Source: Bellilinea caldifistulae (GTDB lineage: Bacteria; Chloroflexota; Anaerolineae; Anaerolineales; Anaerolineaceae). Taken from it: 32,000 nt of DNA. The position numbers and the translations under genes are program-made. The stretch spans positions 30,001 to 62,000 of the forward strand of contig NZ_LGHJ01000011.1 of the NCBI RefSeq assembly GCF_001306055.1. The letters are read 5' to 3'. The notes under the pieces were generated by a model. It saw nothing but the letters and a program-made list of their open reading frames with translations. It had not been told where the DNA came from and did no database searches. Position 1 is the stretch's first letter; each line of letters opens with the position of its first letter. This document shows, in pieces, positions 1-8,381 of the stretch.

Positions 1-3
1 CCG

Positions 4-3000
4 ATGAAGATTACCATACAAAACGGTTCCAATCAAAAACTAACCGAAACGATCCTCTACTACGCTTATGATGCATGGACGCCGCAGTATCCCTTCAGCA
101 CAAAAGCAGATCTTCGTATTCGCTGGGTACGAAAAGCCAGTGAAGAGAACCTGGTGTACTCTTCCAATGGATCGACCTGGACGGCATCCAAAAAATACTT
201 TTACTACGACCCGCTCCGGCAAAACGGCCAGCAATATGGCAATTTGACCAACCTGGTCGAATCATTCTGGAATGGAAGCACCTGGCAGGATTACCGCGTC
301 CATTGGTGGGGATATTATCCCAATAACTCCGGTAACCTCTACCTGGTCGGCCTGCCCGGTTATCATAATGTGTATGCCTGTCCCGGCGGTTCTCAAAACG
401 GAAATTGTTATACCATCGGTCAGGCAGGTATCTCCGCCAGCCTTGTCCATTATTCCTTGTGGTATCTATACGATAATCAAAATATGTACAATCTCTCTCC
501 AACTGCCGGGGTTCTGACCGGCCATCGGTTGCTGCTCTACTGGCAGGATCCGGTCAATCTAACCGGCCCCGTTTATCAGGACACCGCTTATTCCTACGAT
601 AGTTGGGGTAATCAAATCTCGGTCAATCGCTACATCCAGCCCAACACCTTCAACGGCTTTGCTGCCGGTTCGTTTCAGAATACATCTTCCTGTTACGGGG
701 TGGCCAATCAACCGGCCGGTTGCAACGATGACGGTTATTACACTTTCCTGAAATGGGAAAAGAACGCCCTTTCACACGTGACCACTTATCAGGATTTTGA
801 CTTCCGCATCGGCAAACCACGCCGGGTTACCGACCCCAATAACAACGATGTCTGGTTGACCTATGACAGTTTTGGCCGATTGACCAGTGAAGTCCACCCC
901 GGGGATAGCTCCACCCTGCCCACCACTCGCTATGTCCATTGCGACACCTGTTATCCCTATATGTTTGCCGTTGTTCAACGCATCGAGGCCGGGAACGACA
1001 GTCTGCTGTTCAAAAAGCGTTTCTTCTTCGATGGCTTGGGCAGGATCATCCAGACTCACATTCCCAACGCCACTTTGCAAAAACCCGACCAGAGTGGTGT
1101 TGAATCTCGCGACATCGTGGTGGATTACGATTATGATGCTTACGACCGCCTCATTCGCGAAACAGTCCCCTACGATACAAACCTTACCATGGGCTACAAA
1201 GGTCAGGCGTTCAGTGTGCAACCTTTCACCACAACCACTTACGATATACTGGGCAGACCGTTACAGATCATTCGGCCGGACGGGACGATCGAAAGCACTT
1301 ACCAGTACAACGGTTTGGAAACCTCGATCACCAATGCCAACAATCAGACCACCTACCAGACCCAGGACGTATGGGGGCGAATTATTGAGGTCAAGCCACC
1401 CACCGGGCCGAAAACTCGCTACCTGTACGACCCGCTCGACCGGTTAACCGCTGCCCAGCAGATCGAACGCAACAGCACTACCCCCTTTGCGGTAACAAAC
1501 ATTTCCTACGATTACGGCGGGCGTAAAACCTCGATGATTGACCCCGACATGGGCTACTGGAGCTATGCCTACGATGCGCTTGGTAACCTCACCCGCCAGA
1601 CCGATGCCCGCGGGCAGCGAATTTGTCTCTATTACGATCCGCTCAACCGTTTGCTCGGTAAACATTATCGCAGCGATGATGCCTGCCCATCCTCTCCAAC
1701 CTATCAAGTCAGTTTTGCCTACGATCAGGGCACAAACGGCAAAGGCCAGCGCACTTCGATGAGCGACCCCAGCGGCAGCACCAGCTGGACGTACGATGCG
1801 CGCGGTAGAATGATCTCCGAAACCAAAACCATCAGCGGGCATGGCACCTACCGCATGGAATGGGTCTATAATTCCGCTGACCAGATCCAGCAGATCAAGT
1901 ACCCCGGTGGTAACGATGGCAGTCTGGGCGAAACAGTCACCTACACCTATCATCCCCAATTGACCGTGAGTACGGTCAACGGCGCCACCCCGTATGCCCC
2001 GGAATTACGCTATGATGCTGCCGGAAGAACCGTTGAGCAGCGCTTTGGCGGCTCGGCCACTGCGCCGATGCTCAAACAAAAATTCGAATACTTCGATTGG
2101 AAAGTTTATCCCGGGGGAAACTGTCAAAATGCCGCCTCGTGTGGACGATTGAAGAATATCCTTGTCGAAAAAGTCGCTTCTCCAACAGCCGTTCACCTCA
2201 ACCTGATGTTTACCTATGACCCGACCGGTAACATCACTCGCATTGACGACTATGTGATGGGCAGCCCACAATCTCAGCAATTCGCTTACGATAGCCTGAA
2301 CCGTCTTGTATCGGCCTCTGCCAGCGGTGGCACGAACGGTCTGTATAGCGAAACCTACGCCTATGACAACATTACCGGCAATCTTTCTCGCAAAGGTGCC
2401 CCCGGTCAAGAGGGATATTACGCCTACGATCCGCTTCACAAGCACGGTGTGCAACGCGTTACCGGCATTGGCGGTAGTAACAAGACCGTCTCCATCCGGG
2501 CGCGCGGCAGTGTCGCAGGTGGGGTCTGGCCGGAGATGAAGCTGTACGTCAACGGTCAGGAAAGAGCCGTCTGGTCGGTAACCTCGACCGCCTACGCCGA
2601 CTACTCGGTTTCGACATCCCTCACCGGTCAGGATGTCTTTGAGGTCGTATTTACCAACGATGCAGTGATCAACGGTGAAGACCGCAATTTGTATGTGGAT
2701 TATGTCATCGTGGACGGACAGACCATTCAGGCCGAGGGCGGAGCGGCCATCCTCGACCGCGGTCAGGGAAGCGCTTCCTTCGACGGCGTGGATGTCATCT
2801 TTGGTCAGGAAGCCATCTACTGGAATGCCGCTCTGCGATTCGTGCGCGGCAGCCGGGCTTTTGCCTACGGTTACGACCAGAACGGCAACATGACCAGCCG
2901 CCTTCAAGATGGCGCTGCTTCGATCCTGACCTACGACGCCGACAACCGGTTAGTGCAGGTAGCGCGTAGCGGCAATGTCATCGTTTCCTTTACCTACGAC

Positions 3001-5082
3001 GGGGACGGCAAACGCGTCAAAGGAGTGGATAACGGACTGGTCACTCTATATCTGGACGATTTCTTCGAGGCCGTGCTGGCCACCCCCACACCAACCTCAA
3101 CCGCCACAGCCACCCAAACCAGCACTCCCACCCGAACCTCCACGGCAACCGCCACCCCCACAAGCACCCCCACCTCAACGTTCACCCCCACTGCTACACC
3201 GACCATAACCCCTAGCCCCACCAACACCGCAACCCCCACCGCTACCCAACCGCCCGACCTGATCTTCGCCGATGGCTTCGAAAGCGGCAACTTGAACGCC
3301 TGGTCTGCTGTGGCAGGTGGGGCAAACTTGAGCGTGACCACCCCTGCTGCCCTGCGCGGTAGTTACGGCTTGCAAGCCGTGGTCAACGACACCACCACCG
3401 CCTACCTGCAGGACAACTCCCCCACCGCCGAGCCGCGTTACCGCGCCCGCTTTTACTTCGACCCTAACTCGGCCGTGATGAGCAACGGCCACAGCCAGTT
3501 CATCTTCGTTGCCCTCGACGAGAGCCTTTCTCAGAATAACGATATTCTCCGCCTGCGGCTGAACTATCAGAACGGCTACCGTCTGCGTATTGAAGGGCGT
3601 CAGAACGACGGCAGCCTGTCCTACGGCACTTACCAGACCCTCTCCGACGAGGCTCATTTCATCGAATTCGACTGGCAAGCGGCTGCCAACGGCCGGGTGG
3701 ATGTGTACCTCGATGGGCAGCTGGTGAACACCCTCTACCTGACCACCGATCAGTTGCGAGTCGACAGCGTCCGCCTGGGGCCGCAGGTCATGACTGCCGG
3801 GGTGAGCGGTACGCTGTTTTTCGATGCTTTCGAATCGCGCCGCGCCAGTTACATCGGCCCCTCGGCCTTCCGGCCGCCTCTGACGGTGGCAGCAGGCTGG
3901 TCACCGCTCACCACCATCCTCGAACGCTTGTGGCACTGGCTGAACACTCTGTTCGCCCACTCCCCTTCAGTCCAGCAGCCCGCCCTTTTGCAGGCCGTTC
4001 CCGCCGGGCAGACCTGGCGCAACTACATCTTCATCGGCAGCCAGCGGATTGCTGTGAGGGAATACACCACCGCCGGCAGTGTCTATTTCCTGTTCGGTGA
4101 CCACCTGGGTTCGACCAGCATAGTCACCGACATCGGCGGCTCATTTCGTTCCCGCCATCTCTACAAAGCGTGGGGCGAATTGCGCTATACTACCGGTGAG
4201 TATTCCGTGCGCTACAAATTCACCGCCCAACGAGAGGAAGCCACCCCGGGACTGTACGACTACCGCGCCCGTTTCTACGACCCCCTGCTGGGACGCTTCA
4301 TCCAGCCGGACAGCCTTGTGCCGGGGGCAGGTAACCCGCTGGCATGGGACAGGTACGCCTACACCCTCAACAACCCGGTTCGGTACACCGATCCAATAGG
4401 ACATCGAGCATGTAATGGTACACACCCCCGCGATTGTGAATCAGACGCACCCCTCACTTCTTATGGCTATAAAAATGCCATCCATCATGAATTTGGATGG
4501 ACAGTCTTGGGCAATTTCTCCCTTGTCCAACTTCAAATCATTATGAAAACTGGCATTGATATTCGTGCTTATGCCGACTCACACACTGGTGGTCAGGGTG
4601 ATTATTGGATTAAGAAAAACTTGGGTAATGCGGTATTCCATGTGGGTGGGTTAATTCAGAAATATGCGTCTCTCAAGACCGGTGCGCCCACTTCACTGGT
4701 TGTACCACACCGCCATGTCTGGCTGTCAAGTTCGTTTGAGACCTTTAGGCATCCTCATCAGCACATTGCCCATGAATTGGGTCATGTTTTCGATAACAAT
4801 TTTGTCAATACGGGTATACTACCTGCCACCGTCATCGGTGGGAGTCTGGGTGATGCCGCGGTCAGATTTGCAGGCGGTATTCCGCTAGGCAAGAGATTCA
4901 ATACCCCTCCACTTCAAATTCCAGAGGATTTCAAATGGGGAAGTTTCGCTCGAAGTGGATATGGCAATGGATCAACTGCCGATTACTTCGCAGAGGCTTT
5001 TGCCTGGAGTATCTACAATCCAGAGGTTGTTCCCGGCTCGTTATCAATATGGGTCGGTGCAATCGTTTCGCTCACTCAATAG
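4..5082 (+). CDS. RHS/YD-repeat polymorphic toxin with C-terminal Zn-metallopeptidase (HExxH) toxin domain; probably 5'-truncated by the window edge
   Basis: Longest + strand ORF. It has many YD-repeat signatures (LTYDSFGRL, YDYDAYDRL, YAYDALGNL, WTYDARGRM, LRYDAAGRT, LTYDADNRL, FTYDGDGKRV). The canonical RHS core end is present: FGDHLGSTSIV...YDYRARFYDPLLGRFIQPDSL...NPVRYTDPIGH (nt ~4090-4404). An AT-richer C-terminal domain follows, with HELGH at nt 4771-4785 and ADYFAEAFA downstream (gluzincin-like third-ligand Glu). The frame is open from nt 1 and there is no secretion-type N-terminus. Confidence 0.9.
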   Translation: MKITIQNGSNQKLTETILYYAYDAWTPQYPFSTKADLRIRWVRKASEENLVYSSNGSTWTASKKYFYYDPLRQNGQQYGNLTNLVESFWNGSTWQDYRVHWWGYYPNNSGNLYLVGLPGYHNVYACPGGSQNGNCYTIGQAGISASLVHYSLWYLYDNQNMYNLSPTAGVLTGHRLLLYWQDPVNLTGPVYQDTAYSYDSWGNQISVNRYIQPNTFNGFAAGSFQNTSSCYGVANQPAGCNDDGYYTFLKWEKNALSHVTTYQDFDFRIGKPRRVTDPNNNDVWLTYDSFGRLTSEVHPGDSSTLPTTRYVHCDTCYPYMFAVVQRIEAGNDSLLFKKRFFFDGLGRIIQTHIPNATLQKPDQSGVESRDIVVDYDYDAYDRLIRETVPYDTNLTMGYKGQAFSVQPFTTTTYDILGRPLQIIRPDGTIESTYQYNGLETSITNANNQTTYQTQDVWGRIIEVKPPTGPKTRYLYDPLDRLTAAQQIERNSTTPFAVTNISYDYGGRKTSMIDPDMGYWSYAYDALGNLTRQTDARGQRICLYYDPLNRLLGKHYRSDDACPSSPTYQVSFAYDQGTNGKGQRTSMSDPSGSTSWTYDARGRMISETKTISGHGTYRMEWVYNSADQIQQIKYPGGNDGSLGETVTYTYHPQLTVSTVNGATPYAPELRYDAAGRTVEQRFGGSATAPMLKQKFEYFDWKVYPGGNCQNAASCGRLKNILVEKVASPTAVHLNLMFTYDPTGNITRIDDYVMGSPQSQQFAYDSLNRLVSASASGGTNGLYSETYAYDNITGNLSRKGAPGQEGYYAYDPLHKHGVQRVTGIGGSNKTVSIRARGSVAGGVWPEMKLYVNGQERAVWSVTSTAYADYSVSTSLTGQDVFEVVFTNDAVINGEDRNLYVDYVIVDGQTIQAEGGAAILDRGQGSASFDGVDVIFGQEAIYWNAALRFVRGSRAFAYGYDQNGNMTSRLQDGAASILTYDADNRLVQVARSGNVIVSFTYDGDGKRVKGVDNGLVTLYLDDFFEAVLATPTPTSTATATQTSTPTRTSTATATPTSTPTSTFTPTATPTITPSPTNTATPTATQPPDLIFADGFESGNLNAWSAVAGGANLSVTTPAALRGSYGLQAVVNDTTTAYLQDNSPTAEPRYRARFYFDPNSAVMSNGHSQFIFVALDESLSQNNDILRLRLNYQNGYRLRIEGRQNDGSLSYGTYQTLSDEAHFIEFDWQAAANGRVDVYLDGQLVNTLYLTTDQLRVDSVRLGPQVMTAGVSGTLFFDAFESRRASYIGPSAFRPPLTVAAGWSPLTTILERLWHWLNTLFAHSPSVQQPALLQAVPAGQTWRNYIFIGSQRIAVREYTTAGSVYFLFGDHLGSTSIVTDIGGSFRSRHLYKAWGELRYTTGEYSVRYKFTAQREEATPGLYDYRARFYDPLLGRFIQPDSLVPGAGNPLAWDRYAYTLNNPVRYTDPIGHRACNGTHPRDCESDAPLTSYGYKNAIHHEFGWTVLGNFSLVQLQIIMKTGIDIRAYADSHTGGQGDYWIKKNLGNAVFHVGGLIQKYASLKTGAPTSLVVPHRHVWLSSSFETFRHPHQHIAHELGHVFDNNFVNTGILPATVIGGSLGDAAVRFAGGIPLGKRFNTPPLQIPEDFKWGSFARSGYGNGSTADYFAEAFAWSIYNPEVVPGSLSIWVGAIVSLTQ
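3079..3255 (+). repeat. Thr/Pro-rich low-complexity linker coding region inside the RHS gene
   Basis: Translates to ATPTPTSTATATQTSTPTRTSTATATPTSTPTSTFTPTATPTITPSPTNTATPTATQPP. The DNA is an ACC/CCC/ACA-type codon reiteration. Confidence 0.85.
4219..4391 (+). repeat. RHS core-end direct repeat, copy 1 (within the main rhs gene)
   Basis: Manual alignment with 5771-5943 gives 173 bp with 4 mismatches. It encodes FTAQREEATPGLYDYRARFYDPLLGRFIQPDSLVPGAGNPLAWDRYAYTLNNPVRYTD. Confidence 0.9.
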
Positions 5083-5089
5083 GTGGTCC

Positions 5090-5746
5090 ATGAAAATTCT
5101 TCATTTTCTTCTTTTGTTTGGAATTCTCTTTCTATACCCCCTGGGCTGTACCCCACCACCCACCTCCACTCCAGAACCAGGTCAGATTATCCTTGATTCA
5201 CCTTGCTCTCCGCCTTGCTGGTATCAGATCATTCCGGGTAAAACCACCAATGCTGAGGTACCCCTCATGCTCAGTCAGATACCAGATTTAGATCAAGAAC
5301 GCTCCATAAAAATCGGCCCCTGGGGTAGTTATTCAGAGGTCTATAGACTATACTTTCTTGGAGATTATTTTAAGGGTGAGATACTCGTTAAGGATGATGT
5401 TGTGAATCGTATCGGTTTATTTGGAGATTTCAATCTGAGTTTAGAAAACACCATTGAAACCTTTGGAATACCCGATCAAGTTGTAATTTCGAGAGTCTGG
5501 GCTGGTGATATTGCCACAAAGAGCCTTTACCTGCTTTACCCTGAGATAGGATTGGTCATTCGCACGGATCAAAGTGGCTTCAAGCCAATAACGGTTGAAA
5601 GAGCTGATCAGGTAGATTTGATTTGTTTCTTGAATACCGATACTTACTTCGATTCACTCACCCAAACACCGGAAATTGTGACCTCGGAAGATCTGGCCAA
5701 ACAAATTCTCTCCTGGCCGGGGTGGGGAGCAGTGCTGGAGGATTAA
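5090..5746 (+). CDS. Putative lipoprotein, candidate cognate immunity protein for the metallopeptidase toxin
   Basis: The ATG at 5090 lies 4 nt after an AGGTGG Shine-Dalgarno (5081-5086) and 8 nt after the rhs stop. The N-terminus MKILHFLLLFGILFLYPLGCTPPP is a lipobox-like signal (L-G-C). The gene is AT-rich like the toxin domain. The ORF-track start at 4955 would overlap rhs and lacks a signal peptide. Confidence 0.7.
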   Translation: MKILHFLLLFGILFLYPLGCTPPPTSTPEPGQIILDSPCSPPCWYQIIPGKTTNAEVPLMLSQIPDLDQERSIKIGPWGSYSEVYRLYFLGDYFKGEILVKDDVVNRIGLFGDFNLSLENTIETFGIPDQVVISRVWAGDIATKSLYLLYPEIGLVIRTDQSGFKPITVERADQVDLICFLNTDTYFDSLTQTPEIVTSEDLAKQILSWPGWGAVLED

Positions 5747-5755
5747 ACGCTGTTG

Positions 5756-6604
5756 ATGAAAAATGGCCACTTCACCGCCCAACGAGAGGAAGCCACCCCG
5801 GGACTGTACGACTACCGCGCCCGTTTCTACGACCCCCTGCTGGGACACTTCATACAGCCGGACAGCCTTGTGCCGGGGGCGGGTAACCCGCTGGCATGGG
5901 ACAGGTACGCCTACACCCTCAACATCCCGGTTCGGTACACCGACCCCGGCGGGCATTTTGCCTGTGGGGATGGAGTTGATGATCCAAGATGTGAGCAGTT
6001 TGAACCTACGCTGAAGGATTCTAAAATTATTTTTCAATTTGACACTAAAGTAATTATAGAAGAATCCATACCATTTACGCCTGAACAGCTTAGAGATTGG
6101 GGAACGAATCTCAATCACTTTGCTTTGGGGGTTGACGCACTGGCAGAATTGATCGTAATTGGTCATGTGGGAGTAGGCACAACCGCAGGAACTATTTTTG
6201 AAGGTAATCCCGTCTCAGGTATTCCATCAGGATTTGCCGCTGGTTGGATATTGGGCGAAACAAATCCGATTGTCCAAAGTCTGATTACTGTTGGGAATGT
6301 TTCTGCAACCATAGCTTCAACAGCAAGTATCTTGGCCGATATGAAATCCGGTGATAGCCGTCTACAATTTCAAATTGCACAAGCACCTAAAAATATTACC
6401 ATGATGGGTAATATCTTCTTTAGCTCAAATTCCTTGGCAAGCGGCTATCTAACAATTTTGGGATGGGCAACTCGCATTGTAGAAGGCTCATTATTAATTC
6501 AAACAGCCGCTGTTGCCTTTGATCATGGGGTAATAAACACTCATATCTATAATGTGCCTCTCAATTTTCAAATATCCACCCAAGTTGTATGGTATAAGGA
6601 GTAG
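5756..6604 (+). CDS. Orphan RHS C-terminal module: conserved core end (..YDYRARFYDPLLGHFIQPDSL..VRYTDPGGH) fused to a different, hydrophobic toxin domain
   Basis: The first ~63 aa are near-identical to the main RHS core end. After DPGGH the sequence is unrelated to toxin 1 and contains Gly/Ala-rich hydrophobic stretches (LAELIVIGHVGVGTTAGTIF, GIPSGFAAGWILG, LITVGNVSATIASTASILA). Start is ATG at 5756 (alternative TTG at 5753). GGAGG at 5737-5741 is 14 nt upstream, which is a weak spacing. Confidence 0.75.
   Translation: MKNGHFTAQREEATPGLYDYRARFYDPLLGHFIQPDSLVPGAGNPLAWDRYAYTLNIPVRYTDPGGHFACGDGVDDPRCEQFEPTLKDSKIIFQFDTKVIIEESIPFTPEQLRDWGTNLNHFALGVDALAELIVIGHVGVGTTAGTIFEGNPVSGIPSGFAAGWILGETNPIVQSLITVGNVSATIASTASILADMKSGDSRLQFQIAQAPKNITMMGNIFFSSNSLASGYLTILGWATRIVEGSLLIQTAAVAFDHGVINTHIYNVPLNFQISTQVVWYKE
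5771..5943 (+). repeat. RHS core-end direct repeat, copy 2 (start of orphan module)
   Basis: 173 bp, 4 mismatches versus 4219-4391 (offset 1552 bp). Similarity ends exactly at the DPxGH junction. Confidence 0.9.
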
Positions 6605-6609
6605 TGAAG

Positions 6610-6957
6610 ATGAATTTCTGTCAAGGTTTTCCACTCTCAATTATCATAATCGCTTTAGTTATTATGATAATTGGCGCAAAGCCTTGGGAAGCACCTAAAA
6701 CGAATAAACAGCGATTGGGACGTTCCATTTTGACAGGAATCGGTACCGCTATAATTGTAATAAATGGGCTCGCCTTCATGGGAGTTAGCCAAAGTTCAGG
6801 AGATTGTGTTAGTGATTTCCTTGACTTGAATATTGGGTCGTGGGCTTGGATAACCATTCCTATTTTTGTGATGACTACAATAGGTGCTTACATTGGATAT
6901 TGCCAAATCATATGGCTGCATTCTTTTCGCAGGAAAATCGAAAAAAGGAGAAAGTAA
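6610..6957 (+). CDS. Small polytopic membrane protein, candidate immunity protein for the orphan toxin
   Basis: Begins at or overlapping the stop of the orphan toxin (GTG 6604 or ATG 6610). It has 3-4 predicted hydrophobic helices (LSIIIIALVIMIIGA, ILTGIGTAIIVINGLAFMGV, WAWITIPIFVMTTIGAYIGY) and a basic tail RRKIEKRRK. AT-rich. Confidence 0.65.
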   Translation: MNFCQGFPLSIIIIALVIMIIGAKPWEAPKTNKQRLGRSILTGIGTAIIVINGLAFMGVSQSSGDCVSDFLDLNIGSWAWITIPIFVMTTIGAYIGYCQIIWLHSFRRKIEKRRK

Positions 6958-6972
6958 TGGGTTTCTCTTTTT
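6948..6972 (+). terminator. Weak candidate intrinsic terminator after the rhs cassette array
   Basis: GAGAAA (6948-6953) pairs with TTTCTC (6962-6967), followed by TTTTT (6968-6972). The stem is short and AT-rich, so this is a weak call. Confidence 0.3.
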
Positions 6973-6996
6973 AAAAACCGATAGGAATTGATACTT

Positions 6997-7097
6997 ATCG
7001 GCAGCCAGCGGATTGCCGCACTTGCACCTGCCGCAAGTGCAGGTGTGAGGGAATACACCACCGCCGCCGGTAGTGTTTATTTCCTGTTCGGTGATCA
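6997..7097 (+). pseudogene. Decayed fragment of the RHS core (IGSQRIA..VREYTTA.GSVYFLFGDH), a recombination relic
   Basis: Matches 4033-4100 of the main gene (ATCGGCAGCCAGCGGATTGC ... TGTGAGGGAATACACCACCGCC ... TATTTCCTGTTCGGTGA). It carries a 27-nt in-frame insertion (7017-7043) and a 3-nt insertion. Similarity stops after FGDH and a stop codon follows shortly after. Confidence 0.7.
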
Positions 7098-7112
7098 TCC
7101 TAGGATCTTGAA

Positions 7113-7520
7113 TTACCCTGCTTTACTTCGATGATAAAACTTGTGAAAAATTCTCCATCCCGAAAGAATGATCAATAAAGCCCCACTCAGACTGGTGTAG
7201 GAATTAAAACCATACAAAACCCCACCAAAACTCCACTGCGGTGGTAATAACGGATACAACCACGCATATAATCCCAAAGCCAGAAGGAATAGCAAAGCCA
7301 TTACACCTGCTTTTTGTCCGGCAAAGTAGAGAAACATTCCCAAACTTACCCCCATAAAAATCAAGCTGCTCATGGCTACCACAACAAGGTGAGGAAAGAG
7401 AACAAACTCTGTTGCCATGGAATGTCGCACTACTCTGAGCAGCTGATCTAGTCCAAAGCAAACAACAGGATATAAAAACAGAAACCAAATGGCCTTTGTT
7501 TTCACATGCCTCCTATTCAT
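7113..7520 (-). CDS. Hypothetical polytopic membrane protein
   Basis: 135-aa ORF in the AT-rich island with four hydrophobic segments (AIWFLFLYPVVCFGL, LVVVAMSSLIFMGVSLGMFLYFA, VMALLFLLALGLYAWLYPLL, LSGALLIILSGW). No family recognised and no clear SD. Confidence 0.55.
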   Translation of the reverse strand: MNRRHVKTKAIWFLFLYPVVCFGLDQLLRVVRHSMATEFVLFPHLVVVAMSSLIFMGVSLGMFLYFAGQKAGVMALLFLLALGLYAWLYPLLPPQWSFGGVLYGFNSYTSLSGALLIILSGWRIFHKFYHRSKAG

Positions 7521-7544
7521 TATCCAACAATGCTTGAAAAACCA

Positions 7545-8252
7545 TTAGTCACACACTAGAGCGCTTTGTCCTAAACCAATACAGAATTGTAATGTCCAGG
7601 AACTACCTCCACGGACTAATTGGCTATACAAATGGACACCATGGTTACCTACTTCATCCTGCATATTTATAAAAACACCTCGCCATGGGGGGGTTGTAAA
7701 ATAATAAACATTCAACTGGGGAACTCCTATCCAATATTGATAGCTTGTTGAGTAAGTTCTCCCAGTTTCGCTTACCCCTGCAACTCCCGGTCTAAGGTGT
7801 GAGTTTCGAATACTCACAGTATTATCAAATTTTTGCCACATTGCAGAATAATTATCTACCGCAATATATCTAACTCCATTGATGAACTTTTCTCGATATG
7901 CCATTTGCAGGGTAGCTTTTACTGCAGACGTTTGATCCCACTTACTTACCGACTTCAAATATGATGAGGTAATTATGACTTCATAATCAACTATCTGATG
8001 GTCTGGGTCATTTTTATATCGAATATTTACAGGCAACTCTACTGTTCTTCCAGTTTCTGAGTTCCGTAGAAGTACCTTAACTCGTTCTCCCGCCGGGCCT
8101 CTTAAATACCTGCTGGCCTGTACATCTGTTTGGGGAATAGATATTTGAATCAGCAAAATCATTATCAATATGACATATATTACCGATTTTCTGTCAAATT
8201 TACACTGATGGATTAAGAACCCTTGTTGGGGTGATTTTTCTCTCATTTTCAT
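7545..8252 (-). CDS. Hypothetical secreted or membrane-anchored protein
   Basis: 235-aa ORF, AT-rich, with an N-terminal signal-anchor (VIYVILIMILLIQISIPQTDVQA). AGGAG lies ~10 nt upstream of ATG 8252. No family recognised. Confidence 0.6.
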   Translation of the reverse strand: MKMREKSPQQGFLIHQCKFDRKSVIYVILIMILLIQISIPQTDVQASRYLRGPAGERVKVLLRNSETGRTVELPVNIRYKNDPDHQIVDYEVIITSSYLKSVSKWDQTSAVKATLQMAYREKFINGVRYIAVDNYSAMWQKFDNTVSIRNSHLRPGVAGVSETGRTYSTSYQYWIGVPQLNVYYFTTPPWRGVFINMQDEVGNHGVHLYSQLVRGGSSWTLQFCIGLGQSALVCD

Positions 8253-8381
8253 TCCTTTATCACTCCTATTTTATGAATCAACATCATAGAATTTATTTCA
8301 TTATAGGAATAGCAACTTATCCATACAAGTACCCCTGGTCATAGAAGGTGGTATGACTTTCGGCATTAAGTAGATAACTGC

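Noticed and set aside
3079-3255. Reiterated ACC/CCC/ACA DNA (also 13080-13260, 22290-22330) considered as a CRISPR-like or non-coding tandem repeat
   Set aside because: There are no regular repeat-spacer units. All lie in frame within supported CDSs and encode Thr/Pro linkers.
4955-5089. Upstream extension of the immunity-candidate ORF (start at 4955)
   Set aside because: It would overlap the rhs 3' end by 128 nt and add a non-signal N-terminus. The ATG at 5090 has an SD and yields a lipoprotein signal peptide.
5654-6166. 170-aa minus-strand ORF across the orphan rhs repeat
   Set aside because: It is antisense to the conserved RHS core-end coding repeat. A similar antisense ORF (4141-4425) exists opposite copy 1, so it is a by-product of the repeat's composition.
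8316-8326. CTTATCCATAC near the left compositional boundary, resembling the CTTATCCGTAC core of the 19-bp inverted repeat (possible third binding or att site)
   Set aside because: Only 10 of 11 nt match with no flanking similarity. In an AT-rich spacer this could be chance, so I noted it only as something to test with a genome-wide motif search.
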